Source of the DNA: Nemertoderma westbladi
Lineage: Eukaryota > Animalia > Xenacoelomorpha
Reading direction: 5' to 3'
NCBI GenBank assembly: GCA_032718475.1
Contig: JAUCBJ010007580.1
Coordinates: forward strand, 165,972 to 229,971
DNA length: 64,000 nucleotides
This document shows, piece by piece, positions 38,692-47,687 of this stretch; the first letter of the stretch is position 1, and the number at the start of each line of letters is the position of its first letter. The position numbers were made by a program, and so were the translations under genes. Below the pieces are notes generated by a model. It made no database searches. It was not told where the DNA came from and was given only the letters and a program-made list of their open reading frames with translations.

Positions 38692-41600
38692 TTACAAGAT
38701 CAAACGAGTTGGAGGTTTACTTAATCTTCCACTTCTGGTTCGGCACATGGGGGGTATGTACGACATGGGGTCGGGTTCTGGTTCCAATGAGTAGTCAACA
38801 AGAGGAGGTGATCCCATCGCTTGTGTTGTAGAAGTGCGCATTGTTGTTGGTGATGCTCGTTGTGTTGTCGTGCTTGCGCAACCAGTGTCAGTGTATGCAG
38901 TTTTTAACCGGTCTATAGATACGTTTACAGCTTTACCATTGCAGTCTATTGTGTAATGCTTGGCGTTGACCCCAAGAATGCGGTGGGGGCCAGTGTAGGG
39001 TTGCTGAAGTGGGTGTTTGTGGCTGTCGACTCGTATATAAACGAAACCAGTTGATGCTAAGTTATCTGGAACTGATGCTGCACGTTGGCCGTGGTAATTA
39101 GTTGGGGGAGGCTTTGCTAAGCGCATGGCATCTTGTAGACCGCTTAAGAAACTTGGTTGGAGGTCTGAGTTCCTATCAGTCTTGAAGAATTCACCTGGAA
39201 TGTGTAGGGAAGTCCCATATACTAAATCAGCTGGAGAACAGTCTGCGTCTTCCTTCCAGGCTGTGCGGATGCCGAGCATAACCATGGGTAGGTGGTCCAT
39301 CCAGTTGGGTCCTGTCATGCGCGCCTTAAGTGACGCCTTTAGTTGACGGTGAAATCGTTCAACCATACCGTTGGCTTGTGGGTGATATGCGGTAGTGTTG
39401 TTGGCTGATACTCCCAAGAGACGTTGTAACTTGGCCCAAAGGTGTGATGTGAACTGTGGGCCTCTGTCGGATGTGAGGTCCCCTGGGATACCGAACCGTG
39501 CCACCCATGTGCGTAGAAAGCCACGAATGCAAGTTTCAGTTGTGGAGTCTGGAATTGGAATAGCTTCTGGCCACCTGGTATAGCGATCTACTATTGTAAA
39601 CAGGTAGCACATTTTCTCAGAGATGGGAAGGGGCCCCACAAGGTCTACATGAAGAGATCCAAAGCGCCGTTCCGGTGGGGGGCGGGATTCTAAGGGGGTG
39701 TGTATGTGTTGGCTGACCTTAGAGACTTGACACGGGTGATAGGAGCGACACCAGTTGCGGATATCTGATTTCATCCCATGCCAAACAAATCGTTTCGCTA
39801 TTGCACGGTATGTGGGACAGTAACCAGTATGAGAAAGGCCATGGATAGCCTCAAATATTCGTTTTGTCCAATTGGCAGGTATGACTGGTCTGGCCTTTCC
39901 AGTGGCAGTGTCACATAAGATAGAGTAGCCATTATAGGCAAGGTCTTCGAGATTGAGTGAAGTGACAGCAGTGCTTGTGCGATAAGCTTCGATTTCTTTG
40001 GATGTAGCCTGGTCTGAAGCCAACTGTGCGTATTCGATTGTAGGAGTTAGAATAGCTGACACTGTTGTACCTGATCTGGTGTTGGGCTCATTGGACTCAA
40101 CAGGGGCACGTGATAGTGTGTCTGCTACGACATTGGAGGTTCCCTTAATGTGTTGGACATCTGTAGTGAACTCGGCAATGAAGGAAAGGTGGCGAGTTTG
40201 GCGGGGGGTGCGATCGGTGGTGCCAGTCATTGCAGCAACTAAGGGCTTATGGTCTGTAAACAATGTAAATTGCCGTCCTTCGATATAGTTCCAGAAATGT
40301 TTGATTCCTAAGTAGGCAGCAAGCAGTTCCCTGTCGAAGGCAGAGTACTTCTTCTCAGCGTTGGTTAGCTTCTTAGAAAAGAAGGCCAATGGGCGCCAAA
40401 CATTGTTATCGAGCTGATCTAGTGAACCACCTACTGCCATGTCCGAGGCATCAACGGATACCGAATACTTAAAGCTAGGATTGGGATGGTGTAGCATAGC
40501 TGCATTGGCAAGGGCAGATTTAGCTTCCTCGAATGATGATTGACATGCTTCAGTCCAGATTATGGGTCTGCCTTTCCCTTTAGTTGCGTTGTGGAGTGGG
40601 TGGAGGCGGGCAGCGAGGTTGGGCATAAACCGGTGGTAATAATTGATCATGCCTAAGAATCTTTGCAGCTGATGTTTGTCAACGGGTACAGGGAAATTAG
40701 TAACAGCTTCAACACGTTCAGGTAGGGGGGTGATGCCAGTTGAAGTGACTTTATGGCCCAGGAAGGTGAGCTCATTGACACCGAATACACATTTGGGGCG
40801 CTGGATGACCATGCCGTTGCGAGACAGTGCCGAGAAAACCTCTCTCAAGTGAGAAGCATGTTCAGTGCGGTTGCTACTAGCTATCAGGATGTCATCCACA
40901 TATATGAATATACATGGAATCCCTCGAAGGATGGTATCCATCAGCCGTTGAAACGATTGAGCCGCATTCTTCAGACCAAAGGGCATTCGAAGAAATTCCC
41001 ACAAGCCAAATGGGGTGATAATGGCTGTCTTACAAATATCGGCTTCAGTCATAGGGATTTGATGGTAGCCTTTCGCCAAGTCAATCTTTGAGAATATAGT
41101 TTTCCCATTAAGATTGGTGTTGAAGTCACCGATATGTGGTATCGGGTATTTGTCATCTTTTGTGGCTGCATTGAGGCGTCGGTAATCGCCACATGGGCGC
41201 CAACCACCATCAGGTTTGGGTACAACATGTAGTGGTGTGGCCCAAGCAGAATTGCTGCGACGGATGATTCCCAAGTCTTCCATTTTCTTAAATTCAGCTT
41301 GGGCTACCTCCAGCTGGTCGGCATGAAGACGTCTCGCGTGGGCGAAAATGGGTGGGCCATTAGTGGGGAGGTGGTGTTCAACACCATGTAAGTTTGGAGC
41401 AGAGGCATGGAAACGTGGGATTAGGAGTTCAGGGAACTCATCGAGGATGGAAGCGAGGTTGACATCATCCTCTCTGGGTTTATGGAGCCCATTGATGTTT
41501 CCTATCACTGATGTTGATCCTGCCGGTATTGTAGCGTATGTCTCTAGGTCAATTAAACGCCGATTGGCCATATCGATGGCCAGATTATTAGCTATGAAGA

Positions 41601-41919
41601 AATCTGCACCAAGGATTGGTTGTTGTACATCAGCAATGTTGAAACGTTGGACGAAGGTTTGGTTGCCCAGTTCGAGGGCAATTGTTGTCGTCCCCCATGC
41701 TGAGATGCGTGAGCCATTAGCAGCAATGAGAGGTGTAGTTTGAGTACGTGAATGATCGAGTCTTGATGCTGGGATGACGGACTCATCGGCACCGCAGTCG
41801 ACAAGAAACTGACGTCCGGTCTTGCGGTCCCAGACTGTCATAGTTTTCATGCCATCTTTCTGTTTGGGTTTGTTGCCGACGGCCTGGACGGCTACTGGGC
41901 GTCGGCAGTGGCGTTTCCC
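38692..41919 (-). CDS. pol: Gypsy pol (PR-RT-RNase H-IN), entered by -1 frameshift
   Basis: [66 protein letters not shown] and PYTGPH. Confidence 0.96.
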   Translation of the reverse strand, partial: GKRHCRRPVAVQAVGNKPKQKDGMKTMTVWDRKTGRQFLVDCGADESVIPASRLDHSRTQTTPLIAANGSRISAWGTTTIALELGNQTFVQRFNIADVQQPILGADFFIANNLAIDMANRRLIDLETYATIPAGSTSVIGNINGLHKPREDDVNLASILDEFPELLIPRFHASAPNLHGVEHHLPTNGPPIFAHARRLHADQLEVAQAEFKKMEDLGIIRRSNSAWATPLHVVPKPDGGWRPCGDYRRLNAATKDDKYPIPHIGDFNTNLNGKTIFSKIDLAKGYHQIPMTEADICKTAIITPFGLWEFLRMPFGLKNAAQSFQRLMDTILRGIPCIFIYVDDILIASSNRTEHASHLREVFSALSRNGMVIQRPKCVFGVNELTFLGHKVTSTGITPLPERVEAVTNFPVPVDKHQLQRFLGMINYYHRFMPNLAARLHPLHNATKGKGRPIIWTEACQSSFEEAKSALANAAMLHHPNPSFKYSVSVDASDMAVGGSLDQLDNNVWRPLAFFSKKLTNAEKKYSAFDRELLAAYLGIKHFWNYIEGRQFTLFTDHKPLVAAMTGTTDRTPRQTRHLSFIAEFTTDVQHIKGTSNVVADTLSRAPVESNEPNTRSGTTVSAILTPTIEYAQLASDQATSKEIEAYRTSTAVTSLNLEDLAYNGYSILCDTATGKARPVIPANWTKRIFEAIHGLSHTGYCPTYRAIAKRFVWHGMKSDIRNWCRSYHPCQVSKVSQHIHTPLESRPPPERRFGSLHVDLVGPLPISEKMCYLFTIVDRYTRWPEAIPIPDSTTETCIRGFLRTWVARFGIPGDLTSDRGPQFTSHLWAKLQRLLGVSANNTTAYHPQANGMVERFHRQLKASLKARMTGPNWMDHLPMVMLGIRTAWKEDADCSPADLVYGTSLHIPGEFFKTDRNSDLQPSFLSGLQDAMRLAKPPPTNYHGQRAASVPDNLASTGFVYIRVDSHKHPLQQPYTGPHRILGVNAKHYTIDCNGKAVNVSIDRLKTAYTDTGCASTTTQRASPTTMRTSTTQAMGSPPLVDYSLEPEPDPMSYIPPMCRTRSGRLSKPPTRLIL
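41850..41919 (-). promoter_or_regulatory. -1 programmed ribosomal frameshift signal
   Basis: G GGA AAC in gag frame (41919-41913), a 5 nt spacer, stem TGCCGACG/CGTCGGCA, and loop GCCGTC able to pair with downstream GATGGC. Confidence 0.8.
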
Positions 41920-42758
41920 GAAGGTCTGGGTACTGTGATGTGTGCCATGTCGCAAGTGGAACCAGGGAGCATAGTGCAGCAAGCCCAGGTATGCGTGCCA
42001 TAACGCTGGTGATTGGCGCAGCGAGTGGTGGATCGGCGGTTTACACGAGGTAGTTGAGTGGGAGGTGCATTCCTTTGGCTCTGACGCTGTTGGGTGCGTT
42101 TCTGTTGTCTACCTATGGCATCAACTTCTACTGCAGCTATACCACGATAATGAGTTGGACCTTGGGCCTCTATGATAGAGTCAGCGGCAAATGCAAGATC
42201 TTCAATGTCCGTAGGAGGGTCTCTGGCCAGGGCTATGCGGACTGTTTCAGGTAGATGTTGTAGGAATAGACTACGGAATGTATACCCCCTGTAGGTGTCA
42301 GCAGGAACTAAGGTAGCCATGTATCGTAGTAGAGAAGATGGGTGGCGATCACCCAGGCCATTGATTGCTAGTAACTTGGCTCCTTTTTGTTGTTCTGTAA
42401 GCCCATAAGTTTTGAGGAGTATAGTTTTCAGAGCTTCATATCTGTTAGCTTCTGGTGGGTTCAAGATGAATGCACCAATTTCAGTTGCTACGGTGTTATC
42501 AAGGGCCTGGATTACATAGTTGTATTTAGTGAGGTCTGCCGTAATTCCTTTTAAATCTAACTGAGCTTCCACTTGTTTGAACCAAACCTCGGGTTGCGCG
42601 GTCCAGAAAGAAGGGAGTTTCACAGCGACTGTTGATATGGCAGGAGCAGCATTGACCAGTGGATTTCCGAGTTGAAGGGCGTGGAGTTCATGTGCCAAAC
42701 GTCCATAGTCGAATGCACCGGCTGCCGCCTCATTAAAGTTATCAGGCAAATTGTTCAT
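41892..42758 (-). CDS. gag: Gypsy gag
   Basis: [29 protein letters not shown] and a CHCC-type box [11 protein letters not shown], typical of the CsRN1 lineage. Confidence 0.93.
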   Translation of the reverse strand: MNNLPDNFNEAAAGAFDYGRLAHELHALQLGNPLVNAAPAISTVAVKLPSFWTAQPEVWFKQVEAQLDLKGITADLTKYNYVIQALDNTVATEIGAFILNPPEANRYEALKTILLKTYGLTEQQKGAKLLAINGLGDRHPSSLLRYMATLVPADTYRGYTFRSLFLQHLPETVRIALARDPPTDIEDLAFAADSIIEAQGPTHYRGIAAVEVDAIGRQQKRTQQRQSQRNAPPTQLPRVNRRSTTRCANHQRYGTHTWACCTMLPGSTCDMAHITVPRPSGNATADAQ

Positions 42759-42780
42759 TATTAAGCTAGGTAATTAATCT

Positions 42781-42796
42781 AACGTCCGGGTCACCA
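42781..42796 (-). promoter_or_regulatory. tRNA primer binding site (probably Arg)
   Basis: TGGTGACCCGGACGTT one base inside the 5' LTR boundary. Confidence 0.8.
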
Positions 42797-42797
42797 A

Positions 42798-42956
42798 TGT
42801 GGGGGATGTAAATGCCACATATAAATAACTAACGTACTAGTGAGCTATTTTATTATTGTTAAACATTGTTGTGTTTTATATGTTCTAGAATACATAATAC
42901 TCAAGGAAACGAGTTAAGTGTCCGAACGATAGGTATGCCATCGAGTGGACGCTACA
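42798..42956 (-). repeat. 5' LTR of the Gypsy element
   Basis: Identical to 38458-38616; contains TATAAAA and AATAAA on the minus strand. Confidence 0.96.
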
Positions 42957-42988
42957 CAGTCCCGTTGTCCCCACACCATATTCCGCCA

Positions 42989-43060
42989 GGTTGTTCCCAG
43001 CTCATATAAGTTGTCCCCAGCTCATATAAGTTGTCCCCAGCTCTTACCAGTTGTCCCCCA
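42989..43060. repeat. 20 bp minisatellite, ~4 copies
   Basis: Unit GTTGTCCCCAGCTCATATAA. Confidence 0.85.
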
Positions 43061-43272
43061 AACTCATATCAGATTTCTTGTAATATTGTAATGCGGTGGA
43101 CATTTCAAAATTTTCTGCCACTCCCACTTTTTGTAGTAGCATGTAAAATAATATTGGCGATCATACAGTAACACTTAATAACTTAACCACTTAAAAACAA
43201 TACCATAATATTCCATATTATACCATATTATTCTTTCAGCAATAGCTATTTATAATTTATTTATTATTACAG

Positions 43273-43302
43273 GCAAATGATGGACAATGTGGAGCCATTA
43301 AT
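43273..43302 (+). CDS. Putative 30 nt exon 2 of the fibrinogen-related gene (ANDGQCGAIN)
   Basis: Flanked by TTACAG and GTAAGT. Phase 0/0 joins exon 1 and the 43856 exon in frame. Confidence 0.5.
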
Positions 43303-43855
43303 GTAAGTGTATTAGTTATATTAAATTATTATTATTATTTTATATCTGCAGTATTGAATCGCACATTTTCAACATTAAACTCAGATTCACCAGTAATGAT
43401 TGGACTGGAAGGAAAAAGTTGTGAACAATGTAAACAATGTACAATCAATAATATTTTTCTTCCCAATAAATATGATCTGAACAAAGGCTTATTTTCTTAT
43501 CGTCCCAAAGATTTTTATATAAAGCTGACATCACAAATTATCCTACCCCACATAAAGGCGGCACAGTGCCGTTTTCAAAATTTGTAACTCTTTCTCATTT
43601 GAACCTCATGTGCGCCACACAGCCGCCTTAATCATTTGTAACATAATTATTTGCTAAATTTAATTCCATGCGATTTCATAGATATTGTAAGTGGTGAAAA
43701 GTTGAGTTGAATTCGTTATTAAAAAACATCTATAATACCATAGGCCCGCCCTCTAAAAGGAATCGGAATGGATCTTTCCACAAATCTTACCGGATCTCAC
43801 ACCCCCTCACTCAACGGTATTCACTAATATTTCTAATAAAAATATTTCCTAACAG

Positions 43856-44599
43856 GTTACAGAGTTGGAAGAACAGAATACAGAGTTGAAAGAAAATATT
43901 ACTCAGTTGAGTGACCAAGTAAACAATTTAAGTACAACCCTAACTAACCAAGTCAATGTAAATACAAACCTATCTGCCCAAGTCAATGAGCTAAAGAACG
44001 TTGTTAGTTTCTTTAGCCAATTCTTGTTTGGGCAGGAGATAAAGATTCAACAAACAGTTGATGGTCCGGAGATAAAGATTCAACAAAGAGTTGATGGATC
44101 TGTTGACTTCTATCGAAACTGGGATGAATATGTTGAAGGATTTGGCGACTCGAATACCAATTTTTGGATGGGGTTGGAGACGATCCACAAGCTGAGTAAA
44201 GGCGGGGTGAAGTTGAGAGTCGATTTGTGGTTCACTGGAAGGGGGTGGGATGTTAAAACCAAGGAGCGGGTGAATTACACCAACGAACACAAATACGCGG
44301 AATACAACAACTTTTCTATCGGATTAGCTGCAACTAATTACACCCTACATGTATCCGGTTACCATGGTACTGCTGGTGACTCATTGGAGTATCACAACGG
44401 TCTCCCATTCTCTACCAAGGACCGCGATAATGACGGGAGGGACTCAGATAACTGCGCCGTTGAACGTACTGGGGCGTGGTGGTACAAGGGCTGCGGGTTC
44501 AGTAACTTGAACGGAGAATATGGTGGGGAGTGGGTGAAAGGACCTAATTGGTATCATTTTAAATCGACTTCTCGAGTTGAAATGAAGATTTGGATTTAG
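43856..44599 (+). CDS. Coiled-coil + fibrinogen-related domain (FReD) exon
   Basis: Acceptor TTTCCTAACAG, heptad region, then IQQRVDGSVDFYRNWDEYVEGFGD, FWMGLETIH, GTAGDSL.YHNG.PFSTKDRDND, NCA..GAWWY.GC..SNLNG and VEMKI. Confidence 0.93.
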   Translation, partial: VTELEEQNTELKENITQLSDQVNNLSTTLTNQVNVNTNLSAQVNELKNVVSFFSQFLFGQEIKIQQTVDGPEIKIQQRVDGSVDFYRNWDEYVEGFGDSNTNFWMGLETIHKLSKGGVKLRVDLWFTGRGWDVKTKERVNYTNEHKYAEYNNFSIGLAATNYTLHVSGYHGTAGDSLEYHNGLPFSTKDRDNDGRDSDNCAVERTGAWWYKGCGFSNLNGEYGGEWVKGPNWYHFKSTSRVEMKIWI

Positions 44600-44847
44600 T
44601 AAAACTATAAGTTTCATATAAAATTACTAAATTATTTCAATAGAGTTGCATTGGAAACTAACTTTTACATATAATTCTAAAGTATATAAATAATATTAAT
44701 ATAATATAAAAAATTAATTATAAAAAATAATCGTGGTAAAAACTAATTGAATTGAATGAAAATTGAATACCCCATTTAATTTTCTTTCAATTTAATTAGT
44801 TTAATCTTCCTATAAATTTAAATGAATACAGTGACAATCGTTACAAT

Positions 44848-44915
44848 GTATATATATATGTATATATAATATATACATATATATATGTATATGTTATACA
44901 TATATATATATATAG
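44848..44915. repeat. Imperfect (TA)n microsatellite
   Basis: Directly visible. Confidence 0.9.
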
Positions 44916-44949
44916 TTCAATGTATATTTACAATGTATATACAGTTAGA

Positions 44950-46720
44950 GGCCAATTAAAAAAAAATAAAGTGAATCAAGTAGATGAGCTTTTAAATGGT
45001 TAGAGAAAGTTATTTTAGTGTTTTTATTTTTGAAAGAAGTTGGAATTGAATTCCAGATGGATGGGCCTTGAAAACTCAGGGAGTGCTGGCTGGTGTTCAG
45101 TCGAACCAAAGGAACCCTGTAGTTGGCTCTGGCTACCGACCGGGTTGCGTATAGTTATGAACGGTCGAGTATAAGGTGAATAAGTTTCTTATTTCTGGGG
45201 TAAGATCTGTAGTTTTTTTTATAGAGTTCATACATAAATATACCTATCTGGTGTTTATACAGTAAATGGAGTGGAAAAATACGTAATGATTTGTATATTG
45301 GAGCGGAGGACGATTGGTTGTGATTTAAGGTAATGCATTTTGTTAATCTTAACACGGATTGGATAGAGAGTAGTAGAGTAGGTCCCGCCCCAGAGAGTGA
45401 TGCCGCACTGTAGATAAGGATGAGCTAGTGAGTAGTACAGTTGCCGTAGAATATGTGAAGGAAAGATATATCTTAGTTTATAAAATATACCTGCGAGCTT
45501 CCCAAGGGTTATGGTGTACATGGAAGACATTGCGGCGAGTTTTTCGGATACGGACTTTTCATCCTCTGCTGATATGCTTTTATTTTTCTTACAAGACTGC
45601 ACGAGCTTGAGAATGTCGTCTTGAAGAGAAACAAAATTATCGGCATTCATTGGTAAACGAGGATAAAATAATAACAGGGTGAATCAAGCAGTTTGTAGGT
45701 CAGAGTTATTTTGACGTAATACGCAATTTTAATACTGCTATATTAGTATTTAGTATGATTTTCCTACGTATTATACCTCTCTTACTCTATATTCTAGAAT
45801 ATAGCGTCACCTCAAGGAACTCGACAAAATTAAAACGCAACATATAAAAAGAATGATCTGTCTCCATAAATCTGCCTCCTCAACATTAGCCCTGAATTTA
45901 GTAAATGAAAAACCCCTAATGGAAACCGTTATATCAACCCACCCCGACAACTTCAAAAGTGACGTCATCGCTGCCTACAGAGCCTTCCACTCTGAACGGG
46001 AGGCCAACTTTATATCGCAACGGTATGCCGATGGTCCCAGATTTGCCAGTTCGGTGTGGAAGCGGGCTGGCTAACGCAACCGCCACCACATTACGCGTGC
46101 GACCTCACACGGTTTTCACCACCTCGTCTGCAAAAACTCAACCCCATTTCATACGCTCTCTCCCGAATGCCACTGCCGATATTGTAACTCAATTTGCGAC
46201 CGATACCACGCGCTCAGCTGCCCGCAGTGCCCATCTCTTGCCTTTCTCGCCTCAAATTAACTCATCTGAATTATCTGTGTATTGCCCATGTTACCGTACA
46301 ATATTTCAATTTTACCCCGCGTGGGGGTGTATATTATAATATTATTATAAAATATACCTGCAGATTTTGATATTTTTTAAAGAACGTAGTTGGTATGAGT
46401 TTTCCACGATTAAGTTTTGTCTATTCAAATTCCAAGTATTTTGCTGCTATCGGTTTGGTGCAAGTTCATCAGAAAGTAGATGGGTGGTATCATCAGCGAA
46501 CAAAGTAGAGACTAGTTTGGTAGAGTTAGGGAGGTCGTTGATATAAAGTAAAAATAAAGTTCGTTAGATAATAGAACCTTGAGGAACCCCACAGAGTAGG
46601 GGTTGAAGTGGGGATATAATTTGACCTAATTGTACAAACTGATATCTGGAAGTATGAAAACTATCTAAAAGTTTAAGTGGCACTCCTCTTATCCCATAGG
46701 CTTCGAGTTTCTTTAAGTTT
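44950..46720 (-). pseudogene. Decayed CR1-group (L2/Crack-like) LINE RT, interrupted at 45495-46344
   Basis: CGVPQGSII..F.LYINDLP, LFADDT, KYLEF, then AGIFYKLRYIFPSHILRQLYYSLAHPYLQCGITLWG. Confidence 0.8.
45495..46344 (+). mobile_element. 850 bp non-LTR insertion with 17 bp TSD
   Basis: TTATAAAATATACCTGC at 45478-45494 and 46345-46361. The right half is a LINE ORF2 3' end (HGFHHLVC..CRYCNSICDRYHALSC) with an AT tail. Confidence 0.8.
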
Positions 46721-46724
46721 GGTG

Positions 46725-47053
46725 TAGAATCATCATAAATAATAAATTTGTTACCTATAGGGCCGTAACCGGAACTTTCTTCAAAGGTACTAGTGCTGTC
46801 AACTTATTTTTCATGGCTAGTCAATTCAAAAAGGGTTTGTGATCAGTAAAGATAGTTATATCCTGTCTAAGGATGTTTTCCTGTCATGGTGTTTTAAAGC
46901 TGCGTAAATACCTAAAAGTTCCCGATCAAAAGCAGATTTTCTACTTCCAAAAACTGACAATGACACTGTCAGTTTTCGAGAGAAAAATGACAATGTTTCA
47001 GAATTTACATTAATAGTTTGATGTACCGCACCTAAAGCAATCAATGAAGCATC
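46725..47053 (-). pseudogene. Decayed Gypsy pol, RNase H part (left flank of element C)
   Basis: [34 protein letters not shown] and FTDHKP. Confidence 0.8.
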
Positions 47054-47593
47054 TGTTAGCTTATTCAATCCCGCTAACACCCCATAAAGTTAAGCCGATA
47101 AGCAATATTGGGGGCCACGAGATTGAGTAATCAATCACTCGTGCCACCCCAACAAAATGGGAAGGAGAAACACACAATGAGGGTCAGGGGCCAAACCCCT
47201 AACCAAGAGAGAACAGGTGGAGTGAACGGAAACACTCCAAAGGGCGCCAACAAGGGTATCAACCAATCAGGGGGGGGGGGGGGGAAAGGCATCGATTAGG
47301 TAGAGTAACAAGGCCAACCCGTGCAATATAGCCAGTTGGCAGTAATCATTTCAGTTCAGTTATCTCAGTATCATATTGGTGCTAGTTAGGTTAGTTAGTT
47401 TAGCTAGGGAAGGACCGGGACTTTAATTACCGTTTCCCGCCTTCTGTGTACGACATCATATATCTATATCTATATCTTTTACCTGAATATTATACGCGAC
47501 AAACAACGTAAACTCACTCTTCACACTTACACACGGCGGGGACGCGTAAATTAACAAACGGATAAACCGGGATCCTCCCTGGATCCCGTCACA
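47054..47593 (+). repeat. 5' LTR of element C (540 bp)
   Basis: TGTTAGC...GTCACA, with TATA-like AATATA at 47325 and Inr-like TCAGTT at 47351. Confidence 0.96.
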
Positions 47594-47687
47594 GTAATTA
47601 AACCCGTCGGTGGCACAGTAATTGAACTCAGAGCTGCCGACCTAGCTAGCTAAACAAGACTACCAGCCGCCAATCGAACCAAGCGAG

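Larger units (their letters stand above)
38458..42956 (-). mobile_element. Full-length Ty3/Gypsy LTR retrotransposon, CsRN1-like
   Basis: Identical 159 bp LTRs (38458-38616, 42798-42956) and 4 bp TSD CAGT. PBS TGGTGACCCGGACG, PPT next to 38617, and open gag and pol. Confidence 0.97.

Noticed and set aside
43352-43428. Additional exon (CUB-like IKLRFTSND in one frame)
   Set aside because: The acceptor is good, but no phase joins it to both neighbouring exons without a stop; left unassigned.
47108-47299. 63 aa ORF duplicated at 60736-60924
   Set aside because: Lies in the LTR, starts at TTG and has no domain; the duplication simply reflects the LTRs.
47611-47628. Canonical tRNA PBS starting TGG
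   Set aside because: It starts 17 nt from the LTR end and I do not recognise a matching tRNA 3' end. Not excluded without the host tRNA set.
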